DNA from: a virus
Taxonomy: Duplodnaviria > Caudoviricetes
Virus record (IMG/VR): IMGVR_UViG_3300031853_000002
Location: 32,001-96,000 of that record
Strand: one strand, 5' to 3'
Length of the DNA stretch: 64,000 bases
A program made the translations under genes and the position numbers. The notes beneath the pieces are model-generated. The model had not been told where the DNA came from. It did not search any database and saw only the letters and a program-made list of their open reading frames with translations. Shown here one piece after another: positions 25,901 through 38,640 of the stretch. The first letter of the stretch is position 1. Each line of letters begins with the position of its first letter.

Positions 25901-28900
25901 AGGCTCTCCTGTATATTCTATGGAAGTATAGGAAAACAGTGCAATAGCTATGTTTGACTAGGATGATCCTGATATTCTTGGAGAAGGTGTATTTGATTTT
26001 CCTTATGATTCGGATGGACAGGGTATGACTAATCTTGGAAAATTACTTAATTTTTTAGCTTCATTTGGATACAATATCGAAACAGATAAAAAGAAATATA
26101 TACAGAATGATTGGAGAACTCCAAAACTTAAAAAGATAAAAGGAACTTGGTAGGAGTCTGGAGAATATTATCCATCTTGTGACCCAAGAATCTATGTTAA
26201 GTCTACTCTAGATTCATATATGAACTGGAATAATATGGTAAGTTATTATATGATTACTATCATATTTGGACTTGTAGACTCAATGGCTAAAAACTTAACA
26301 TTACGTTCTTGGACTAGATCAAGTAATGGAGATAATATATGGTACATGTGTTTCTATGATATGGATACTGCTTTACGTGTTAATAATGTTGGTGCTGAAA
26401 CAGTTCCATATAATGCGCATTTACATAGATATTATACTAACATAGATTCTATAGCAGAAGCGCGTGTAACAAACCATTGTCCTTCTATTTCAGGAGTATT
26501 TAATTAGGAGTACTCTGGATATAACACAAGACTTCAAGAAATTGTAGAAAATTGTGTTCTTGATAGTACAGATGCTAAAACTTTACAGTCTGTTTATAGA
26601 GAATTACGTACTAGCCTATTTCCTGACCCAGAAGCTTTTATAGAAAGGTACTATGTAGGACAAATAAATAAAGTAGGAGCTGCACTTTATAATTACGATT
26701 ATTATCTTAAATATTTATAGGTAGAAAAGACTTATAATCCTGCTACAGGTAAATATGGTGATAATACATATAATTATAGTGAAATATCTTACTTACATGG
26801 TAATGGTAGCGCTAGTGTAAAAGACTGGTTTGTAAAGAGAATAAGATTTTTGGATGGAGTCTATGGTCTAGGTAGTGGAGGTTCTAATGGAATTAATGGA
26901 ATTACAAATACTCCACTTGCTAGTAGATGGATGGATAATAATGCAACTTATATAACTAATGTAAGTCCTACTAGCATATCACTACAGCTTACAGCTGAAA
27001 GTTAGATGCGTACAACTATATCTACTTCTGGTGAGGCCAACTCTTTCTGGATTGACGAAACTCCTAGAAATTATAGAGTTAATAATGTAGGTTCTAAATA
27101 GGTTGTTACTATATATTCTAACTTATTTCTTACAAATCTTGGAAACTTTAACCAATTTACTTGGGATACTATAGGTTCTCTTAATTTTCCTCTTATTAAA
27201 GAGCTTAGTCTTAGAGATTAGACTAATATTAAAAGTGACAACTTCCTAGTTAATACTAATAATCTAGAATCTCTTGTAAAATTAGATTTACATGGACTAA
27301 CTCTTTTAGACTCCAATTCAACTGTAGTTTATAAACCTTTAAATATAGCTTAGAGTCTTCCGAATCTTGAAGAACTTGATGTATCAAACTCTTCATTTAA
27401 TGAAGTTCCTTTATCAAGTAGTTCTGTTCTTAGAAAATTGAACTTGTCTAATACAAGAATTAAAGATCTTAATTATTCTGATTAGGCTATGCTTGAAGAA
27501 TTAGATATTACTGGATGTAATGAATTAGAAACAATTACTTTGAATAACTGTCCAAAACTTAAATCTTTAACAGTTCCTCAAAGTGTTAAAAGCATATTTA
27601 TAGGTAACTGTCCTGGAATGGAATCTATATATGCTGAATATCAAGGTTCTTAGCTTAGGATAAGTAGTCTTGTTTCGGTTATTATATCCGCTTGTCCTGG
27701 ACTTAAGTATATAAATCTTAATAACTAGAATAATCAAGAGTTGGAAATTAATCTTGTAGGTGCTACAGGTCTTGAAAATTTATAGTTATCCAGGATAATT
27801 ACTACGAATATTACATTACCAGCTAAGGCTAATTGGAATAGTCTTACTAATTTGAATCTTAATAATAGTAGTATAGGTAGTTTTACTTATGACAACACAG
27901 CTAATGTAAAATATTTAGATCTTAAACATTTTGAAAATCTACAATATATTAACTTATCAGAAAATAAAAATGTTATAGGTGTAAGATGTCCTAATATATA
28001 GAATCATCCTGTTAATTTAGTTGGAGGGGCGTTAGCTGAATGTGCTAATCTTCAATATTTATATGGAAATTTTGTTATTACAGGAACTAGAGTATTTATG
28101 AATTGTAGTAATCTTACTATTAATACAAGTCGTATATATAGTGAGTATTCAGTACTCAATTATCCTGTCCCTTTTGTTGATGATGAATAGGCTTGTAATA
28201 TACAGTTTTCTTCAACTTTAAATAGCACAGAAGAAATGTTTAGTAACTGTTACGCATTATCTGGAAGTGATTTTAAAATGATTATGCTAAGCTTAACAGA
28301 TAATATTACCTCTCTAAATAAAATGTTTCTTAATTGTTCATCTGTTGATGCTGAAATTAACTATGACCTATTTAGACATTGTCCTAACGTAACTAATATA
28401 ACTTCTTTTGCTGAAAATACCTTGCTAAGAGGCGGAATTTATTCTAGAACTTCAGAATATAATGAAAATGATTCTACTACATGGGGAACATTTGATTTCT
28501 TACCTGAATTAGAGCAAGCCTCAAATGCTTTCAGTGGTTCAGCAATACAATATATAGATGATAATGTATTTGCTCCTTTGAATGGTTCATATATTAATCT
28601 TAGAGAAGCTGACTATATGTTTTCTAATTGCTTTGACTTGGAAAGTTGTTAGGTTGTAGATAAAAATAATATAGTAACTAATGGTTATTTACATTCTAAA
28701 ACCTTCTTTACAAATCTTAGAAATTTAGGAGCATTTCCTAAAGGCATGTTTTCGGGATGTAATAAGGTTAAAATGTTAATAGATTCTACACAAATAGGAG
28801 ATGTTACTTTCGATTATTTATATCACTGGCCTTATTAGATAAATATTAGAACAATAGATTCTTCAATTTATTAGGGAATTAATCTCGAAGGTACTATACA

Positions 28901-30629
28901 TGATAATGTATTTGGAGGAAGACTTAATTCAGATGGAGAATATAATATAGTAAACTTTGCTGTTATAAATTCTCCTTTTGAAGATAGTGGTTCTAATATT
29001 GAATGTGACTTAAATACTATGAGTAGGATGTTTGAAGGTCTTAGAAATACTTTATTACAAGCTAAGTATGTATTTAGAGGCATCAAGTTTACTAACTCTG
29101 TAATTCCTAATGATATATTTGAGGGATGTACAAAGCTTAATAATATTCAAGGATTCTTTTCTAATCCAACTCTTACTAATGGAGGTTAGACATTTGTTTT
29201 TCCAGATCCACAATTATTTGTTGATTGTATTTCATTATCAAATGCTTCATATTTATTTGATAGTAGCTATAATCTAAATATATAGCTTGTAGGAGAAGGA
29301 TTTAAAAATTGTGCTCTTACTGATGTAAGTGGTATGTTCTACAATTCGGGAGTATTTGGAATGATTCCTTATAGATTATTCTATATGGAAAGAGATGGAA
29401 ATATTAGACAAACTATTGATAATATAACTGGAGTTTTCTATAATTGTTATAAGCTAGGCTATACAAAAGATAGAAAGATAGATGTAGGAAGTATATATGA
29501 AGAAGATGATATAGAAAAAGTTACAACTTATTCTGACGGAGTTATTATAAATCCTGGAACAAGAGTTCCTTTCCAACTTGATTTTACTAATTTTACCGGA
29601 GATGATCCTTGGTATATAGATGGAAGGGATTGGAAAACAATAAATCCAGACTTAGAAACTTCTTCTTATTATCCAAATTTATATACTACAGTATTTTAGT
29701 ATGATGAGTTACAAGCACAAACTCGTTTAGATTCTAGAGATAGAGAGGTTGGATATCAAAACTATATGTTTCCTGCGGATTACTTTAGATATTGCAGTTC
29801 ATCTTGTACTATGAAAGAGGCTTTTAGAGGACTTACATATATTCCTAAATATATTATTCCTAATGATGAAGGTGTAAATCACTTAGTAGAAGGAAATGAA
29901 GTAAATGGTCTTATAGGAAGACTTCCTTGTAAGTTATTCAGTGCTAATACTTTAAATACTAAATTTGAATCTGTATTTTCAGATCTTTAGTTCTGTGCAT
30001 TTATTAACTTTAATAGTTATAAGATGAATGAACTTAATAATGGTATATATAATATAGATCAAAGAGGTATTAAATATCCTCCAGATTTACTTAAATCAAA
30101 TACTCTTCTTACTTCTATTTCAGAAATGTTTAAAGGAACTTTTATAGAAACTGGAGTTGATATTAATTCTGATTTATTATCTAACAACACATTACTTACT
30201 GATATATCAGGTCTCTTCCAAGATGTCTTATTTTCTGAAGAGAATTATGAAGGTGCATCTATTGGAGAAAACTCTTAGATAGATTTTAATATATTCAAAA
30301 GTTGTCCAGAACTATAGGAAGTTAGTAAGTTATTTAGTGTATCAAGCACAATTGATTACTCAAGAGGTCTTAGAATTATACAAAGCACTTTATTTGATCC
30401 TATTAGTAATGAAAATATAGCTAATCCTCGTATAGTAAGTATACAAGGAATGTTTAATAATAATAGATTATTAAGAGGATCTATACCACTCTTCGATACT
30501 GGTAAATTCACACGTATTAGAAATGCAGGTAGTTATGTTGAAGGTGTGACTAAAGAAAATATTACTAATGCTAATGTATTTATTAGTATGCATGAAGCTT
30601 CTTGGATACCACAAACTTGGAGAATTTAA
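22935..30629 (+). CDS. Giant protein, ~2564 aa: LamG-like + CotH-like kinase + LRR + BspA/DUF285-like repeats (code 15)
   Basis: The frame-0 fragments between 23238 and 30278 join across TAGs. IGIQGTSS..SKNYEI, YTLKAD, GIYNFN, GLVDSMAKNL, WYMCFYDMD, WFVKRIRFLD; LEELDVSNS-type LRRs; MFxNC repeats. Confidence 0.85.
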
Positions 30630-33600
30630 TGGATAATTTAGTTAGAACAGATACTGTATTTGGCAAAAGAGTCAATTTAGTAGGTAATATTTCGGCGGAC
30701 TTGGTGTTAGAATCTCTAGGAAAGGTCTACATCAAGTCCCGAAATAAAGCCTAGACATTAGAAGAACTTATTACTAGTTTAGTACGAGAAGATCCTAATA
30801 CAAGTACGTCTAGGGTTAAAGTAGTAGAAGGAATTGAAAATCTTGATACTTCTGAATTTAAAGATGGAACATTTGTATTTGATAAACTAAGTAATATATT
30901 ATATCTATATTTAGATAATGATCTCCTAGAACTTATAAATGTTGCTCCTGAAGGAGAAGGATATGTAAAGCGTTCAGGAGACACTATGACTGGAAGATTA
31001 GCTATCTATGTAAAAAATGGCCCTCCTTTATATGTAAATTCTGCAGATTTAGTTGAAAATTTAAATGCATAGTATCTCAATGGAGAAACTGCAGATAAAT
31101 TTACAAGAAGACATAGAGACGAGAAAATAAGTGGTAGTTGGACTTTTTAGAAAGTTACTACATTCGATTAGGGAGTAAGAATTTATAAAGATGCTGTATT
31201 GCATGGTAGTATAGGGTCTCCAAACTTTTCAAGTGGATTTGGGGGATATGGTTGGAGAATGGATGCGGATACTAATACTTTAACCGTAGATAATTTAGTA
31301 GTTCGTAAACTTATGTAGGTTTATGAATTAGTTGTAAATAAGATATCTGCAACAAATGGTTCTTTATGGATAAGTAATGCAGGAAAAGTTACTGATGTAT
31401 GTAAATTATAGATAAAGCCATATAATTTCTTTACAGATACTGAAGAATATTAGTTATTTTGTGCTGGACTAAAAGAAGACTTTATTAAACTTACTGCAGA
31501 AATAACTAATGAATCTTTAGAAGCTGAGGCTTTCTCTACTTCAAGTGGAGATAATATTATAACAAAAGAATGTTGGAGTAGCAATACTCTTAGAAGTACT
31601 AAATTTATATTTATAAGGCAAAAAGGAGAAGATTATAGAGGATAGTACTTTGATGATCCTGAAGCTACTGATTATTCTATATTTCCTCTATTCAGTGAAG
31701 ATTTCAAATTTAATACTGTTTTTCCTATAATAACTAGGAATAATTATTAGACATTTAAATCTAATGAAAGAACTGCAAATTTATAGAATTACATATCATT
31801 TATATAGCCCTATTATAAGTACTTTGCAAATGGAGATTATTATTTAGTAACTTTTGATGGAGATTCTCTTCCGGTATTTAAAGCTGGAGATATATTACGA
31901 TGTCAAAAATGGACATATGGAGGTATTAAATATTATGATGCTATAGTTTGTAATTAGATAGGCAGCAAATATATAATACAACTTGCCCCATCATTTCTTG
32001 ATTAGAAGACTACTATAAGCTATAATAATGGACTTGAACCTACAACAATACAAAATGTAGATTCAAATAACGAGAATTTATATAAAAGTACTTCTAAATA
32101 TGAGAATGGAAATAATCCTATAGGACAGGTAGAAATCGATGATAGTCTTGTATAGATTGGAAATATATGGGATAGTCAGAGATAGAATGCTGTATATATA
32201 ACATCTACTGATGATGCTGCACCTTATATGGATGTATTATCTAATATGAATAGGCCTGATTACTCTGTTATATATTATGTTCCTATATATAGAACTACTA
32301 AACTATATAAATCTTAGTATAATTTAAGAACTTTTGCTGGTTATAATAATTTAGTAGAAATTCCTTATACAGGGGACTACTATGTTTAGGATATCAGTAT
32401 AAATAATTTTACTTGTGAATATGTATGCTTTAAACACAATGATGTAATATATTTAGCTACAGGAAAAGCTACCCCAAATATAGCAGGAGTACAAGTACTA
32501 CACTATTTAAATACTATTCCAGACAGATGCACAATTCTTGGAGAACTAAATAGCTCTTATATAACTTTAGAAACTACTGGAAAAATAAAATTAGAAAATA
32601 TAGATGGTTCTATAATATAGGAAGAATAGTTAGATCCATTAGTTATTACTTCTACTAAAAATACAAAATCACGATTTGGTAAATTAGATGGAATACAAGA
32701 TGAAATATTCCCAACAGATAAACAACCATATGGTTATGGTCTTTATGGTTAGAATGTATTTCTAACTGGAGAATTCTATCTAAATAATGGATAGGCTGTT
32801 GCAGATATAGGAAAAGAAGCTATGACATTTGCTATAGCCTCATCTAAAATGGGAAATGCTGCTATAAATTTATTAAGAGCAGACCAAATTAGAGCTAATG
32901 ACTTAATTAAAGCTTCACACTATAATAAAGGTACTTTGAAGACTGCAGGTATGTATATAGGCAATGATTCTAATGGAAATCCTGGAATTGTTATTTGGGG
33001 TAATAAAATTCTATTTGCTACCAATGATTTGGAATTTAATGGATATGTACAACCTACAATGTTACTATCTGATGGAAAAATTCAAGGTAAATATTTGAGT
33101 GTTGATGAAGCCCATGGCTCTGTTGATGCCTAGGTTCTTACTAGTGAATTTACAGTTGATAATGTTAAATATACAAGTTTAGACTTATCCCCAGGAACAG
33201 TAAGAGTTTATAAACCTAAGATGTAGAATACTGCATCTAATGGAACAATATATTATACTGAGAGTGATTAGATATAGTATATAAGAAGGTTTATGTTAAA
33301 TAATGATAGCTCTTAGATAAGATGGTTAGTAGTTAATCCAGATGGTTATCCATTATCTAAGAATGCTGGAGGTAATTATGATACTGTTACTTATTTAAAC
33401 TTTACATATTTTAACTCAGATAATGAACCTGTATCTTATTCTGATGGTAATCTTCCAACCAATATAGAAAATGCTCTTATAAATGATTATAGTACTCCGC
33501 TTAAAGTATGGGCCTTAGAAAAAGGAGGAAAAGGTAATTTAGGAGGTTCTACTCTATACTGGAATAGTACTGGAAAAGTAGTAGTAAATGGAATTTTGTA

Positions 33601-36592
33601 TAGTACTGAAGGTAATATAGGAGGATTTACACTTAGTAATAATAGCTTATATTTAAAAAGGAATCCTGAACACCCAAGTGATCTTATACTTTCTAATAGT
33701 GGTTATAAATGGGATAATAGCGAAGCTTCCTTTCCCTATATGTAGCTTAATTCTGTTAATAGTGAAGGTAAAATAGAATTTAGTACCATATATACAAGTA
33801 GAGGATTTTACTATCAAGGAGAAGGTGGACTCCTTATGCAAACTCCAGGAATGGTATTCCAACTTACTATAATTCCTATTATGTATGACAATGGTAACAC
33901 ATGGGGACTTTTTGCTAGATTATCTGGAAAAGGAGTTTTCTCTATTATAAAGATGACCTTTGATGATGGATTATTTATTATTAACTTTCCATAGCTGCAA
34001 GAATCTAATAATTCAGAGCAAGCAGATTGGTTTGTTCGTTCTTATCTAAGAGGAGATTTATTTTTCTATGCTACCGGTCATAATTTTGCAACAACATAGA
34101 CCCCATGGAATAATGGACTTAATGCTTATATATTTAACCCTGATAAAATAGATTAGCACCACTCTGAATTATTATGGTCAAATGATTTTGATGATAAGTC
34201 TAAAGTAATGCATAATCATGCAAGCGTAGATTAGTTTGGATTTATAAGTAATAACTATAATTTTAATAGTTATGGTATAGGAATAAATGGTCCACTTCCA
34301 ACTAGATGTCATTTTGGAGCTGTAATTGGACAAAGATTAGATAATAAAACTCTTATTCAAAGTGAAACATCTGGAGGTCTAGTGTAGATTGGAAAATCTG
34401 AAGCTATGTTCTCTAATGATACTTGGTATAATGCAATAGTTGTATCAACAGCTGATGATGATGAAGTTAACTTTGGAGGTTTTACTTTATGTTGTATGTA
34501 CTCTCCAGGATTCAGTGATAGAGAAAGTGCTATAATTGAAGATGCTGCATATACGTCTGAAGATATATAGGAATATACAGACAGGTAGACTTTATAGCAA
34601 CAAATAATCGATACTTATGGAACTTCAGGAGTTAGATATACAGAAGTTGTATCTGAAAGAGATGATCTTAGAGCTTCAATGACTACTGCAGAATAGGTTA
34701 CATATGCAAGTGATTTAACTAATATAGATAATTATGTATCTAATATAGCTAGTATTGCTTCAGAGGTTAGTAATAACCTTAACAAATTTACTGTTTCTGA
34801 ATTAACTAGCAAGAAAAGTGCTTGTGATGAATATTATAGTTAGATAATAACCATTTTAGATTCTATACAGAATAGAAGTGATACAGATCCAGATGCTCCT
34901 GATGCTGCTTGTACCTGTAGCTTAGGTGGAGATTATCCAACTTTAAGTAGAGCATATTCAGCAAGTGGAAGTAGTACAAGTATTGAAGTAGCTGGCTTTA
35001 GTCCAAGTGATTGTTCTATAACTCTTACACATGTTAAAAAGTCTTCAGGAGATGATTGGATAGATATAAGTAGTAATGATTATAACCCATTATATGACTT
35101 AACTGCTTCTAACGGAATTATAAGTGCCAAGATAAGAACTAATTCAAGTACCTCTACAATAGAAAGACGTTATTACTTTAATTGTAAAACTTCTGGAGGT
35201 GAGTACGATTACTTTACCTTCTGTCAATAGGCTGGAGAAAGCGAATCTGGAGAAGAACAACCTACTGATTCTGATTTAGAAGCACTACTTCCAACATTTA
35301 ATACCTTATTCGATTCTTAGATACAATCCGGAACTAGTTTATATGACTTCTTAGCAGATTCGTTATCTACTGCTAATAGTATGAAGTCTTCGTATAATAT
35401 AAGTACTATTACTAACGGACCTATCAAATTCTTAGGAAGCGGTTATGATGATACTGCTTTTCAAGGATTTTTTATGGGAATGTTACTTACTGCACTTTTC
35501 CCATTTGAAGGATCTGGAAGTATTGACTACAGCAAGGCAAGTAATAGAAATAGTGGAGCTCTAGCTGCTGCACATAAAACTTATGGAGCTAGACTTACAG
35601 ACAGTGTATCTAGCTACGAATCTAAATATAAAGGAGAAATTCTTGCATCTATAGTATTTGCACAAATGATTGCTAACCCTTCTTTTAGAAGTACATTTAA
35701 GAATATAAAGAATAGTGTAAGTTTATCAGGATTTGTTAATTGGTTTAGTTTCTGTGATAGTGATGAATTTCTACTTTCAGCAATAGCTCCAGATGGACAT
35801 GAAATCTTTGACACTCCAGTATCTAATAACTATACGACTGCAACTATAAGTAGTGTTACTAACTTAGGAGAAAGAGATGAAGTAATGTATAGAGATGGTA
35901 AGGCTTCTAGAAAAGATGATGGTAGCTATGACTCTAGCGATGGAGGTATAGCTAATAAAGACACTAGTAATGTTGATAATCATGATAAAAATCATGATAG
36001 AATAGGATATTTTATAGATATTTATGGTACTGCTACAAGTAACACTGTATCTATAAGTACTCCTTCTAATATTACTCATAGTTCACTATAGTCTGATAGT
36101 TCCTCATGTTGGGAAGATCCAAGCAGCTCACATCCTGGACTTTCTGGCTTATCTTATAGCTATACTACATATGCTAAGTATTGTTTATTAGACCTAGCTT
36201 GGAAACCTGGAAGAGATACTGTTAATAATACTAAGAGTACTTCTGGTAGTTGGTTTAGACAAAGACCTTTTAGTGCTCATAGTGATGATTCACCAATGTC
36301 TTATGCTAATGGAGATAGTGATGTTGGCAATACAGATACTACATCATATCCATCTGGGCATTCTGGTTATAGTTGGGGAACAGCATTAGCTTACTCTACT
36401 CTTAAATCTAACTTTAGTACTTCTAATATAAATAATCTATTTGCAAGAGCTTATAAATTTGGACAAAGTAGAGTCATAGTAGGAGCTCACTGGTAGTCAG
36501 ATGTTGAAACAGGTAGATTAGCTGCTGCATGTTCATTTGCTTAGATGTGTGGTAATAAATTATTTATAAATCAAGTTGATTTAGCACAATGA
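30629..36592 (+). CDS. Large tail protein with BACON-like domain and C-terminal PAP2 (class A acid phosphatase) domain, ~1987 aa (code 15)
   Basis: No TAA/TGA found in the frame where read. N-terminal FSSGFGGYGWR..LTVDNLVVRK..VYELVVNKISATNGSL tail motif; C-terminal RQRP, SYPSGH, SRVIVGAHWQSDV. Confidence 0.85.
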
Positions 36593-36900
36593 AATTTAAT
36601 GTAAAAGAAAGATTGTTATTAATAGGAATGTTGCCTCAGTAGGGAAGTCTTTCTGAAATGGTTGATATTTATGATCTAGTAAGAGATTTAAAGCTCTCTG
36701 AGGAAGAGAAGGGAGCTATCTCTTACATAGAGAATAATAATTATGTTAAATGGGATTTTGATAAAGACCCAAATAAAGATATAAATATAAGTAGTTCACA
36801 GATGAAAATTATAAAGGAGGCTATTGAAAAATTAGATAAAGAAAATAAAATTAATTTGGAAATGATTCCACTTATACAAATTATAAATGACTCAGTATAA
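36589..36900 (+). CDS. Hypothetical protein, 103 aa (1 TAG)
   Basis: ATGA-coupled start [20 protein letters not shown] extends ORF 36658. Confidence 0.8.
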
Positions 36901-37411
36901 TAAATTAATTGCTCATGTCCTTAAATGGGAAGGAGGTTGGGGAAATGATCCGGCCGATAAAGGAGGACCCACTATGAAGGGAGTTACAATAGCTACGTAT
37001 ACAGCTTATTGTGCTAAAAAAGGCCGGCCTATTCCAACATTAAAATAGCTAAAAGGAATTACTAAAGCTGAATGGGAAGAGGTTTTTAAAACTATGTTTT
37101 GGGATAGATGGAAAGCAGACCAAATAAAAAATTAGTCTATTGCTAATCTTTTAGTTGATTGGGTATGGACTAGTGGTATTTATGGAATTAAATTTCCATA
37201 GAAAGTTCTTGGTGTAACTGATGATGGAGTTGTTGGACCTTAGACTTTATCTGCTATAAATAATTATCCTAATCAAAAGGAACTTTTTGATAAGTTATGG
37301 TAGAGACGTAAATAGCATTTTATTTCTATTGCTAATTCAAGACCAGGAAATCAAAAATTTCTTAAGGGGTGGCTTAATCGTTTAAATGATCTTAAATATA
37401 GTGCAGAATAA
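36887..37411 (+). CDS. Endolysin, glycoside hydrolase family 108 with peptidoglycan-binding C-terminus, 174 aa (6 TAG)
   Basis: [31 protein letters not shown] and FLKGWLNRL motifs; missing from the ORF track. Confidence 0.92.
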
Positions 37412-37471
37412 TAAGGACTCTGTACTTAAGACTTTATAAAGTACTATTATTACAAATAGAGCTCTTAATGT

Positions 37472-37501
37472 TTTGAGTACAGACTCTTCTTATTATATTT
37501 G
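37472..37501 (+). promoter_or_regulatory. Putative Bacteroidota sigma-A-like promoter for the capsid operon
   Basis: TTTG-N18-TATATTTG; exact TAnnTTTG -7 box, spacer one base shorter than consensus. Confidence 0.55.
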
Positions 37502-37527
37502 ATCTGTATTATAAACAAATATGAATT

Positions 37528-38613
37528 ATGGCAATAGGAATTGATGATTTAGACTTTTATGAGGAAGAGCCTACAATGACTCCATCTCAGGGTGGTGAAG
37601 AGCCATCTCAGGAACCTACTACTTAGGAGCCTCCAAAACCAGAAGAACTACAAACTCCTCCTCCAGCAGGAGGTGCAGTTACACCTCCACCATCTAATAA
37701 TGGGGAAGGAGAAGATGATATAATAACAACTTTACTAAAAGAAAAAGGTATAAAAGATTCTTCAAAGATTAAATTTGAGGGAGATAATGGAAATACAGAA
37801 GAAAGAGATTGGAAAGATTTGTCGAGAGAAGAACAGCTTAATATTTTGAGACAATCTACCATAGCTCCTTCTACTGAAGAACCAGAAAATGACTTGTCAG
37901 ATGAAGAGATCGAATTCTTAAATATGTTAAGAACTAATAATTTAACACCTCAAGAATATCTATCTCAATTAAATAGAGAACCGGAACCAGTCTACACAGT
38001 TGATGAACTGAGTGATGATGACCTGTTCGTATTAGATTTGCAAGCTAGAGTAGAAGGAATTACTGAAGAGCAATTAGCTAAAGCTCTAGAGAATGCTAAA
38101 CAAGATGAGACTCTTTTTAAAAAGCAGATAGAAGGTATTCGTAAAGAATACAAGGACTTAGAAGACCAAAATAGACAATAGCAAGAACTTCTTGCTCAAC
38201 AATAGCAGGAAGAATAGTATCAAAGATTTTCTAATACTATTGTTGAACAGATAGACAAGCTAAACTCTATAGCAGGACTTGATGTAGAATTAGAAAATGA
38301 CGATAAAGAAGAGCTTGCTGAATTCATTCTAGGTCGCGATGAAGCAGGAGTAAGTAATTTAGGAAAGGTCCTCAACGATCCAGAGTCATTAGTACTAATG
38401 TCATGGTATGCGTTAAATGGGGATAAAATGATAGATGATATAACAACTATGTATGAAAATGCTATTAAGAAAGCACGTCAAGAAGCCTACAATAAGGGGG
38501 TAGAAGACGGAAAGAAAGGTATACAACCTGGACATGTAGTTGTTACTCCTCCAGCTTAGAAACCTACTCAACAAACTGAGAAGATTTCTTCCATTGAGGA
38601 TTTAGACTTTTAA
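37528..38613 (+). CDS. Acidic scaffold-like protein upstream of MCP, ~361 aa (code 15)
   Basis: Pro/Glu-rich N-terminus, coiled-coil core, located directly before the major capsid gene; includes ORF 37819. Confidence 0.75.
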
Positions 38614-38640
38614 TAACTTTTTTTAAATAAGATTTTAATT

